From positions 1-32,000 of the forward strand of contig JBHLMI010000006.1 of assembly GCA_048938295.1 (NCBI GenBank): a stretch of 32,000 bases of DNA. Reading direction: 5' to 3'. Under the pieces are notes generated by a model. The model was not told the origin of the DNA. It searched no databases and saw only the letters and a list, made by a program, of their open reading frames with translations. The DNA comes from Promethearchaeota archaeon (lineage in GTDB: Archaea; Asgardarchaeota; Hermodarchaeia; Hermodarchaeales; Hermodarchaeaceae). The position numbers were made by a program, and so were the translations under genes. Of the stretch, positions 8,680 to 17,176 are shown one piece after another; position 1 is the stretch's first letter, and each line of letters opens with the position of its first letter.

Positions 8680-8813
8680 AACTGGAGCAGAAGGAAACTG
8701 CATCAACCCGAACCAGAAGGTTCGCATATGCTACACCAATCCCTTTTTTGATGCGGAATTCTGAACTGTTCGGATTCCGTGCAATTATATTCAAGAATAG
8801 TGAAGCAGCAATC

Positions 8814-9581
8814 ATGCCATTAACTAAAAATGCGAAGATCATCATCACCGTTGTCATTGTGGCAACTGTGGCTGTTGCCTTGCCAGTCATTGGGTTTTCG
8901 CTAATGCAACCCGCTGGCATACGCTTCCAACTGCTAGATAATGCAGGTGTGATGTTTGAATACAATGGCTATCGAATCTACGTGGATCCCATCAATCTTC
9001 CAGACAGTTATGGTAACCTACCCGCCGATGTGGTGCTTATTACTCATCCACACGGTGACCATTATCAACCTTCTTCCATTAACCTGATTCAAAAAGAGGG
9101 AACCATTAACGTGTTTCCGGCCAACATGTCTGCAGAGATCGTGGTTCATGGTGGAATTGGTGTTGTACCTCGGGACGAATTAGTGTATGAGCAAGTTACC
9201 ATTACAGCGTTCTTCATGTACACCTTTGATGTCGAGGGGGGCCAAGCTAGTCATCCACTAGAAGCAGAATATACTAGCTATATTATCGAATTTGGTGGAA
9301 CCACCTTCTTCCATGCTGGTGATTCCAAGAACATCCCCGAATACAGTGAACTGACTGGCACGATTGATGTGGCAATGCTGCCCTTGGGTCCAGGATGTCA
9401 GACCATGTTCAACGAAGAAGTCGTCGACGCCTTGGAAGTCATTCAACCGCGCTATTTCGTTCCCATCCACTACGCTGAAGGAGCAAACATTGAGTGGCTC
9501 AACACCTACGCCTCTCAATGTACAATGTGCCAAATTGTCAGCCTTGCCTATTGGCAACAAACCAGTTTCGCACCAGCCTAG
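8814..9581 (+). CDS. MBL-fold metallo-hydrolase with an N-terminal membrane anchor or signal
   Basis: THPHGDH, FHAGDS, DVAMLP and VPIHY motifs; hydrophobic N-terminus IIITVVIVATVAVALPVIGF. Likely start ATG 8814. Confidence 0.85.
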   Translation: MPLTKNAKIIITVVIVATVAVALPVIGFSLMQPAGIRFQLLDNAGVMFEYNGYRIYVDPINLPDSYGNLPADVVLITHPHGDHYQPSSINLIQKEGTINVFPANMSAEIVVHGGIGVVPRDELVYEQVTITAFFMYTFDVEGGQASHPLEAEYTSYIIEFGGTTFFHAGDSKNIPEYSELTGTIDVAMLPLGPGCQTMFNEEVVDALEVIQPRYFVPIHYAEGANIEWLNTYASQCTMCQIVSLAYWQQTSFAPA

Positions 9582-9702
9582 CCATGAATCGCGTGCTTTC
9601 GACCGCTTTGAAGATCTTATCGGCAACATAGACCTGACCAAACCAAAGCCCGTCCTCTCATTTCTCCTCTATTACAAAAGCTTTTATCATAGTGCAAGAA
9701 AG

Positions 9703-9729
9703 TATTCTCGTTAACTGAGAATAGTTCTC
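9703..9729. promoter_or_regulatory. Overlapping inverted repeats upstream of the MFS gene (candidate operator)
   Basis: TATTCTC-N7-GAGAATA at 9703-9723 overlaps GAGAA-TAG-TTCTC at 9717-9729. Confidence 0.4.
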
Positions 9730-9762
9730 GAACTACTCCACCTCCATCAGGATGGAAAACGC

Positions 9763-11082
9763 ATGGAGCAACCGGAGCCAGATAAGCGGACCTTTCGCAG
9801 CTACCTCATCTTTTGGAGCGGCCAACTCGCATCATTAGCAGGCACTAACATTGTCAACTTCAGCCTGGTTTGGTGGATTACTATCCAAACTGAGAGCGCT
9901 TTTTTCTTGGGCATCTCAGCATTCTTTGCATTTGGAAGCTTCATTCTAATAACACCAATCGCTGGCGTTTTAGTGGACCGATGGTCACGAAAGAAAGTCA
10001 TCATCACAGCAGATAGCATACTCGCACTTTTGAGCCTCGTCCTAGTCATCTTGTTCTTCATCGGCATCACAAACATCATCCATGTCCTCCTCATCCAATT
10101 GCTAGGCGGTATGATTGGAGCGTTCCATGCCACGGCAGTTCAAGCCATCATTCCCATCATGGTACCCAGAAAACACCTGACACGGATGAATAGCCTGAAC
10201 TATTTTGCTACTGCTTTTATTCAGACCATTGGTCCTAGTATTGGAGCCCTCGTGTTCCTCATCTTCTTTGGAGACATGGGAAGAATTCTTCTCATCGATA
10301 TTGGCACCTATCTGATTGCCATTGTGCCTGCCATCCTTGTCACTATTCCTTCAATTCTGAAGAAAACCCAAATAGAAAAACCGTCCTTTAAAGAAGAATT
10401 CTCTGAAGGACTAACTTTCATCAGGGCACGATCCGGTTTACTCACCTTACTTTCAGTATTCACTCTGGCCAACTTCTTTCTTCCACCAATTTTCGTCTTG
10501 CTCCCATTATACGCCAACATTTACCTCGCTTTTCTAAACCTCGATCTAGCCGTTGTGTACCTTGGAATCCTGATGTCTTTGCAAAGCGCAAGCATGATGG
10601 TTGCCTCCGCGATCATGATGACTTCAGGAGGATTCAAACGCAATGTTATCGGTGTCGCCCTGGGATTGTTTCTCGGCTCCCTTGGAATGGTGATTCTGGC
10701 TTTGACCCCACCAGGCTTATTCTGGGTCGCGGCATTTGGGATCATTCTGGTAGGCTTCACTTTGCCTGTAGCTAATATCTCAAGTCAAACTATTTGGCAG
10801 AAAGTCGTCCCACCTGAAAAAATGGGTCGAGTCTTTTCAGTGCGGGTAACGATCGCACAGTTTACTGGACCCTTTGCTTTTCTACTCGCCGGTTATCTTG
10901 CACAGATATTCTCGATTCCACTCATTTTTCTCGTCTTTGGTAGCATCATGATTGCCTTCTTGTTTGTTGCATGGGCGTTTACAGGCTTGCCTCATGTTGA
11001 AAAGAAACTCCAAAAACATGAAATAGAAACGGATGAGGGACAGGTTCAACCAGAGGCTATTTCAAACTCTGATGGTTCATGA
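9763..11082 (+). CDS. MFS transporter (DHA3/MefA-like)
   Basis: About 12 TMs; MFS motif A GVLVDRWSRKKV; FWSGQLASL, VPRKHLTRMNSL and VPPEKMGRVFS. Confidence 0.92.
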   Translation: MEQPEPDKRTFRSYLIFWSGQLASLAGTNIVNFSLVWWITIQTESAFFLGISAFFAFGSFILITPIAGVLVDRWSRKKVIITADSILALLSLVLVILFFIGITNIIHVLLIQLLGGMIGAFHATAVQAIIPIMVPRKHLTRMNSLNYFATAFIQTIGPSIGALVFLIFFGDMGRILLIDIGTYLIAIVPAILVTIPSILKKTQIEKPSFKEEFSEGLTFIRARSGLLTLLSVFTLANFFLPPIFVLLPLYANIYLAFLNLDLAVVYLGILMSLQSASMMVASAIMMTSGGFKRNVIGVALGLFLGSLGMVILALTPPGLFWVAAFGIILVGFTLPVANISSQTIWQKVVPPEKMGRVFSVRVTIAQFTGPFAFLLAGYLAQIFSIPLIFLVFGSIMIAFLFVAWAFTGLPHVEKKLQKHEIETDEGQVQPEAISNSDGS

Positions 11083-11122
11083 TACCCATAGGATTTATTG
11101 TTTGAAACGCGGATTAGACTGC

Positions 11123-12730
11123 ATGAAATTCAGTTCATATCGATCTCCAGTGTATGTGAGAAATGGTATTGTTGCGTCAAGTCAGCCATTAGCCTCAGAA
11201 ATTGGTATTAGAATATTGCAAAGTGGAGGAAATGCAGCTGATGCAGCGGTAGCCACTGCAGCTGCATTAAATGTCACTGAGCCTTGTTCGACAGGGATCG
11301 GCGGAGATTGTTTTTGCTTATTTTTTAATAACGCCACAAAAACCGTGAAAGGGCTGAATGGGAGTGGAAGAGCCCCTGGTAAGTTAACATTGAAAAAACT
11401 AGCAGAGATGGGTATTAAGAGAGCACTTCCACCGTTTGGCGTTCATACGATAACAGTACCTGGGGCAGCTGCAGGTTGGGTGGATGCGGTAACGAAATTT
11501 GGTTCATTATCAATCAAAGAAGTCCTTGCCCCTGCTATTACACTGGCCGAAGAAGGTTTTCCTGTTGCGCCATTAACTGCTGTTTCTTGGCAACGAGGAG
11601 TAAAACAGTTGATACAAGGCCCCAATGCTGATGAAATGCTAATTAATGGCAGGGCTCCTAAAGCGGGAGAAATCATGAAGCTGCCTAACTTAGCACGAAC
11701 CTTCCGAGAAGTAGCGGATCATGGGAAACGAGGATTCTATGAGGGATATATTGCCGAGGCAATTGTGGAGTTGATTCAATCTTTAGGGGGAGTGATGACA
11801 GAGAGGGATTTGCAGAACCATCGAAGTACTTTCGATGAACCAATATCTGTAAATTACAAAGGAGTTGATGTGTTTGAGATGCCCCCGAATGGTCAGGGGA
11901 TTACTGCCCTTATTGCGTTGAATATCCTTGAAGAGTATGATTTCGCGAAACTGGGACATTCTACTGTTAATCATCTCCACTTGATGATAGAAGCTTTGCG
12001 TTTGGCTTTTGCTGATACCCGGTGGTATGTGGCTGATCCGGCTGTGGTAGACGTGCCGATTCAAGAACTAATTTCAAAGGAATATGCTTCGAAACGCCGG
12101 AAAGAAATTTCCATGAAACGAGTAAATCTTTCTTACACTCGAGGTACCCCAACGAGCGGATCCGATACGGTCTACTTTTCTGTTGTTGACGCTGAAGGTA
12201 ATGCGTGCAGTTTCATTAACTCAAATTACATGGGATTTGGTACAGGACTGATTCCAAAAGGGTGTGGGTTCACTTTACAAAACCGGGGTGCGAACTTTTC
12301 TCTTAATCCGAACCACCCCAACGTACTTGCACCGAATAAGCGACCCTATCATACAATCATTCCAGGAATGGCTCTCCAAAACAACGAACTGTTTGCCAGC
12401 TTTGGAGTTATGGGGGGATTCAACCAGCCACAAGGACACGTCCAGGTTCTTATCAACCTAATTGACTTTGAGATGAATCCGCAAGAGGCTTTGGATGCCC
12501 CACGGTTCACCATTCAGAGTGGAAGAAGCGCAGGTGAAGTCTTTCTTGAAGATGAAATCCTGGAATCAACAGTAACTACCCTTAGGGAATACGGTCACAA
12601 AATCACCACTGTGTCAGGAGCCAGTCGGATGATGTTTGGTCGAGGGCAAATAATCACTCGAAACCCAGCATCCGGAGTACTATGTGGTGGATCTAGCCCA
12701 AGAGCTGACGGGGCTGCGATTGGATATTAG
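11123..12730 (+). CDS. ggt: Gamma-glutamyltransferase family Ntn-hydrolase (YwrD-like)
   Basis: GGNAADAAVA, EPCSTGIGGD, PPNGQG, nucleophile Thr in SDTVYFSVVD, KRPYHTIIP and GVMGGFNQPQGH. Likely start ATG 11123. Confidence 0.93.
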   Translation: MKFSSYRSPVYVRNGIVASSQPLASEIGIRILQSGGNAADAAVATAAALNVTEPCSTGIGGDCFCLFFNNATKTVKGLNGSGRAPGKLTLKKLAEMGIKRALPPFGVHTITVPGAAAGWVDAVTKFGSLSIKEVLAPAITLAEEGFPVAPLTAVSWQRGVKQLIQGPNADEMLINGRAPKAGEIMKLPNLARTFREVADHGKRGFYEGYIAEAIVELIQSLGGVMTERDLQNHRSTFDEPISVNYKGVDVFEMPPNGQGITALIALNILEEYDFAKLGHSTVNHLHLMIEALRLAFADTRWYVADPAVVDVPIQELISKEYASKRRKEISMKRVNLSYTRGTPTSGSDTVYFSVVDAEGNACSFINSNYMGFGTGLIPKGCGFTLQNRGANFSLNPNHPNVLAPNKRPYHTIIPGMALQNNELFASFGVMGGFNQPQGHVQVLINLIDFEMNPQEALDAPRFTIQSGRSAGEVFLEDEILESTVTTLREYGHKITTVSGASRMMFGRGQIITRNPASGVLCGGSSPRADGAAIGY

Positions 12731-12840
12731 GTTCAAGCAATTTATCCGAACAGAATTTCCAGGTTGAGACAATTCCAAGAATAGATGATTATTTTTTCAT
12801 AGGTACAAAGGTTTTAGAAAGGAAATGAGTGGTGTTAAGT

Positions 12841-13689
12841 ATGACAGAATTTCTCAGCGTTTCAGTCCAGAACGGACAACTCGTTCCATTAGGCTATGAG
12901 AAAATTGCCACCGCCATTGACGATGTGCAATTTGAAGGGAATAAGGGCCGTCTCGCTGTTTCCGACGTTCGAATTGTCTGGTATAGGAGGGAGAAACCCA
13001 AAGGTGGGGGAATGCTCGGAGGCTTTGCTAAAGCTTTTGCCGTGGGTGTCGCTGGATCCGTGGCAGCAGGAGCAGCCAGGCGTCATGGAGGTTTTGTAGG
13101 CCGCGCCGTTGGACGAGGAATTCAACATGCATCATATGCTACAGCTACCGCGATCATGATTAACACCCTTTCAACGAACCAGATGGTGGCTCGTGGACAA
13201 GGTGGCGTTGCAGAATCCCTTGCTGTTCCACTCATGGTTATCGATAATATTGACAGCCCAGGGAAGAAACTAGTGATAACTTTGAGCAGTGGAGAAGACA
13301 TCGAATTTGAGTCAAACAAGCCTCAGATGTTTGCAGTTGTTGAAGCCCAAATCGAATCCGCTAAGGTTAAGAACAAATGCCCGTTTTGTGGCACGCATGT
13401 CCCCTCAGGCGAAACTCATTGTCCCCATTGTGGTGCGCCAGTTCGGACAAGTTCCTCAGATTCGCCTCCAGTCCCCACCCCATCTGCTGGACCTGCAATG
13501 ATGCCAGGTACGATGCCTTCAATGCCACAAGCGCAGTGTCCATATTGTAAGAGCACTGTACCTATCAGTGAACACTGTTCAAATTGTGGGAAAAAGCTCA
13601 TAGTCCACTGTTCGAAATGCGATGCAGAATTGCCCCTTTTCATGTTTCCAGGGAAATTCTGTCCGAATTGCGGAAATAAGCTTTTTTAG
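12841..13689 (+). CDS. PH/GRAM-like domain with a Gly/Ala-rich insertion and three C-terminal double-CxxC Zn ribbons
   Basis: GRLAVSDVRIVWY; six CxxC motifs (CPFC, CPHC, CPYC, CSNC, CSKC, CPNC); Pro-rich linker. Confidence 0.75.
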   Translation: MTEFLSVSVQNGQLVPLGYEKIATAIDDVQFEGNKGRLAVSDVRIVWYRREKPKGGGMLGGFAKAFAVGVAGSVAAGAARRHGGFVGRAVGRGIQHASYATATAIMINTLSTNQMVARGQGGVAESLAVPLMVIDNIDSPGKKLVITLSSGEDIEFESNKPQMFAVVEAQIESAKVKNKCPFCGTHVPSGETHCPHCGAPVRTSSSDSPPVPTPSAGPAMMPGTMPSMPQAQCPYCKSTVPISEHCSNCGKKLIVHCSKCDAELPLFMFPGKFCPNCGNKLF

Positions 13690-13896
13690 AGCCAAATCCT
13701 TGCTTGGCAGATTAAAAATTTGTAGAGAATGTACTTTGTCGAATACTGCAATAAAGTTGTAATCTAACTTCGAATCCGATACAGTTTTTATAGCGGTTTC
13801 ATTATTCAGCGGTAAGCAGTTAGCGATTCTACTCTTCCAGCGGGAATCGTACGATCTACTGCTTCAATAAAATCGAACAGTAGTGAGATTTGAAAA

Positions 13897-16146
13897 ATGA
13901 ATCGAAATATTTGGAAAATAGGTCTTCTAGTGCTCAGTTTACTTCTGTTTCAGTTTGGTATCCCTCAACCAATGGGCTTCGCAGAAACACCCTCGCCCAC
14001 AGTTACCGCCATTTCTGTTCCCGTTAACGGTATGGCATCGATTCTGGTCAATGATACTGATCCCTTAGACAGTTTTACAGTGCAAATCCTGGACCCAGGC
14101 GTTTACCGGTTTAACCTCACATATTACGTGAATAATGCTACTCCAGGAGGAGTGGACATTGATACCGACTGGTATCAACCGATGGACACCTTTTGGCCAG
14201 GAGTTGGTACGTTCTTTCGCTCGCTAGATCACATTACCTCAGTCGATTGGAATAATCGAATGGAAAATGAAACGGGGTATTATGACACAGACATTATTTG
14301 TGTTCGTCCTGGCTATCTTCACATTAACTACGAGCTAACATCCTATTTCACCGGTGATTGGGTCACTGGCAATTTGACTGTTAATCAGCTTCTTTCTTTC
14401 GGGGCTTTACCCAATGCGATGCCGTTGAGTCAGAATACCACGCTTGAATGGACAACCGATTACACCTGGCAAGGGTTCCGATTACAGCTACCAGAAAACA
14501 GCTTCTACAACTTCACAGCATATGGCAGTCTCAACTGGAGTACAACCTCTGGATGGGGTGGTGACGCCACCTTCTACCCCTTAGATGGAGTCGTACTCAT
14601 TGACCTCAATTATGGCGAATACTACCCCTACAACGCTTGGCATCCCGTCTATAATGTCCCCGCAGGACCTGATGAAAATGACACAGTTTGGGGACCAGAC
14701 ATCGAGTCTGAAGTGCTAGTTGGTGGAACTTATTATCTGCTCGCACTAAGTGACAATTTTGAGTTCCTCAATGACTCCCTGACTACCTTCACGTTGAATG
14801 TTGCTCCAATACCCACCACACCCCTCATTCCAGGAATTCCCTTACCTCTTCAGTTCAATACAACCTCAAATGTTCTTGATGCCTATGTCGCAGTGACCAT
14901 CCCTGAAGGACATTATTTCAATGCATACTTTAGTAATCCTTCAGGTATCAATTGGACTCTAAATACCTTCGACGCCTGGACGGGTAGCTATACTGGTCCC
15001 TCCTTTGAAATCTACGAAGACCCCAGTACAAATTATACCCTACAGGACAATCTTGAACGTGGATACGCCACCGCTCAAAGCATGGGTTTTCCATCACCTT
15101 CAATGATGGGGAATTTGTACATGGAAATGTGGATGGCTACCGCCACCTATACCCTCTATACCAACGGATCAATAACCGGGGCTATACCTCCACTTGGACC
15201 AGGAATTAGCAGCCGATTCAATACCTTCTATATGTATATACAAGCGAATTCGATAGGCGACCCACACAGCGAGACTTTCAATATCGTGGCGAATCTCGAT
15301 TTAACACCCTTCCCGGAGTTGACAGGTCTTGGACTCAATGTTGACTTCAATACCACTGTTGGCCCATTCTATCATTGCTTCACTCTACCACAAGCTAGTG
15401 GAGCCATATACTCGGTAAGTGCCACTCCAGATGAATACACTACAAGTGGCACTATTGGCCTTGAAGACTTTCAACAGTCAGAAGCCTACCGCGATTGGCA
15501 ATACTTCAGTATATACGGACCACCACTCGGCTTTGCCGATCCACCATCTGGCACTGGATACTCAGAAAATACCAATGATACCGCAATGTTGACTTATGTT
15601 GCTGTCCGTGATAGCATCAATTACATGTGGGTTTTAGGCCCTGGTATGGTTGGTGGAGATATGACAAGCGCAAATGTCAGTCTCATCATCACACCAGTCA
15701 CTCCCTATGCCTTTGGCACTGTAGCTACAGCAAGCTTGGAACCAGACCAGTTTGCTACCTACTCATTCAATGTCATTGCCGGGAACACCTATGTCCTTAC
15801 AATGGAACTGATTCCTGGCGGCGACACGGTGTTTGGTTATTTCATGACCACCACCGGAGACAATCCATTCATTATTGGTAGCCTGTTCAGCAGCCTTATC
15901 GGAGTCAGCACCACATTTCCGTTCAGTATGATCTACCAGGACACTTTCACAGCACGATTTACTGGTCGCATTAGTTTTGCCCTAGTCGGTGAAGGCACCG
16001 TTAACATCATCATTGGTGTAGCAGAAGGACCACTATCTCCCTTGATGATTGGAGCCTTCATTGGTGTTGCAGTTATCATGCTCTTAGTCGGCGTCTTGGT
16101 TGGCTACCTCACCTGGAAACGACGCGTGTTCAACCGTACAGGATAA
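13897..16146 (+). CDS. Large cell-surface type I membrane (glyco)protein, function unknown
   Basis: Signal peptide, beta-rich Thr/Asn/Tyr-rich body with many N-x-S/T sequons, C-terminal TM and basic tail KRR. Confidence 0.8.
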   Translation: MNRNIWKIGLLVLSLLLFQFGIPQPMGFAETPSPTVTAISVPVNGMASILVNDTDPLDSFTVQILDPGVYRFNLTYYVNNATPGGVDIDTDWYQPMDTFWPGVGTFFRSLDHITSVDWNNRMENETGYYDTDIICVRPGYLHINYELTSYFTGDWVTGNLTVNQLLSFGALPNAMPLSQNTTLEWTTDYTWQGFRLQLPENSFYNFTAYGSLNWSTTSGWGGDATFYPLDGVVLIDLNYGEYYPYNAWHPVYNVPAGPDENDTVWGPDIESEVLVGGTYYLLALSDNFEFLNDSLTTFTLNVAPIPTTPLIPGIPLPLQFNTTSNVLDAYVAVTIPEGHYFNAYFSNPSGINWTLNTFDAWTGSYTGPSFEIYEDPSTNYTLQDNLERGYATAQSMGFPSPSMMGNLYMEMWMATATYTLYTNGSITGAIPPLGPGISSRFNTFYMYIQANSIGDPHSETFNIVANLDLTPFPELTGLGLNVDFNTTVGPFYHCFTLPQASGAIYSVSATPDEYTTSGTIGLEDFQQSEAYRDWQYFSIYGPPLGFADPPSGTGYSENTNDTAMLTYVAVRDSINYMWVLGPGMVGGDMTSANVSLIITPVTPYAFGTVATASLEPDQFATYSFNVIAGNTYVLTMELIPGGDTVFGYFMTTTGDNPFIIGSLFSSLIGVSTTFPFSMIYQDTFTARFTGRISFALVGEGTVNIIIGVAEGPLSPLMIGAFIGVAVIMLLVGVLVGYLTWKRRVFNRTG

Positions 16147-16160
16147 CTACCATCCCAATC

Positions 16161-16210
16161 TGGGGGTGATTACAGCGAATTTCACCCCCACTCCGCTCTT
16201 TTTCTTTTTC
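16161..16210 (+). terminator. Hairpin plus T-tract after the surface protein gene
   Basis: TGGGGGTGA (16161-16169) pairs with TCACCCCCA (16182-16190) and is followed by CTCTTTTTCTTTTTC. Confidence 0.6.
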
Positions 16211-16351
16211 AACAACCCGTTCTCTTCTTTATCATAGCCCTAATCGTTGGCTGGTACCTCATCAAGAAACCCAAAGAGGAATAAGAAGACGAAGGCACGC
16301 TCAGGACAATTGTCTGAAGATCATGTTTGACAATTGTCTCCCCTCTTCTTT

Positions 16352-17032
16352 TTATGACGGCGTTAGTGAATTCAGTGGTATCCAGTGTTTATGAATCAAG
16401 TATATGCAAATGAACGCTGAGAGGAACATCACAATATCAGCATAGATGCCAAATCCAAGAGATGGCATGAAGCCAAAAAGTCCTTGTATTGTTGGTATGA
16501 GAAGCAAAATAGGTAAGATTCGTTTATCAGCCCAAAGAAAGAGACCTACTGTGAGGATAACAACTGGAGCGGGTGCTGTTCCAAAGACGGGATAGAACGG
16601 AAAGGGGTAACCCGTTATAACACCTACATACCAGTAAAAGGCGATTGCGAATATAATGAGAACAAACCCAGTAACGCCTAGGAGGTTTGATTTGAATTTG
16701 AAGGAGAGGAATTTATGATAGACACCATAATACCAGAACAGCACGCCTTGGAGAGTGAAGATTACCCCATAAAAATAACCAAATCCTGGAATGGAACCAG
16801 CCGCTTCCCTAAAGGTTATCAAGATCCAGAATCCGCACCAAAGGAATCCATACACAATTCCGACCCAAAGCCAGAGAAATGCTAGAATGCCTGAAATGAG
16901 TTGACCTGAATGGGAAGTCTTCTTCAGAGCGAAGAGAACAGCTATAACACCAAGAATTACTGTTACAATAATCATTAATCCGAATGTCGCGTTATATAGC
17001 ATCATTGACAAGAAGAAGTAGTTATAACTCAT
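16352..17032 (-). CDS. Integral membrane protein, DUF6064-like
   Basis: About 7 TMs; LWLWVGIVY, FTLQGVLF, PVFGTAPAPVVILTVGL and GIYAD patterns. Confidence 0.65.
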   Translation of the reverse strand: MSYNYFFLSMMLYNATFGLMIIVTVILGVIAVLFALKKTSHSGQLISGILAFLWLWVGIVYGFLWCGFWILITFREAAGSIPGFGYFYGVIFTLQGVLFWYYGVYHKFLSFKFKSNLLGVTGFVLIIFAIAFYWYVGVITGYPFPFYPVFGTAPAPVVILTVGLFLWADKRILPILLLIPTIQGLFGFMPSLGFGIYADIVMFLSAFICIYLIHKHWIPLNSLTPS

Positions 17033-17043
17033 TTCATGTTCTC

Positions 17044-17061
17044 ATATCTGTGTTCAGATAT
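17044..17061. promoter_or_regulatory. Palindrome ATATCTG-N4-CAGATAT just upstream of the DUF6064-like gene
   Basis: 7-bp inverted repeat 11 bp from the start codon, in a divergent intergenic region. Confidence 0.35.
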
Positions 17062-17176
17062 TTCATTACTATGACTTAAACACCCTATATTTCACGACGC
17101 GAGTATTCCTGAGTCAAGATTTATCATTATCATCATCTGATGTGTTCCTAATGAACCTCCACTAAATTCGAGATGG

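Noticed and set aside
11033-11122. N-terminal extension of ggt overlapping the MFS gene
   Set aside because: The family-typical start MKFSSYRSPV begins at 11123.
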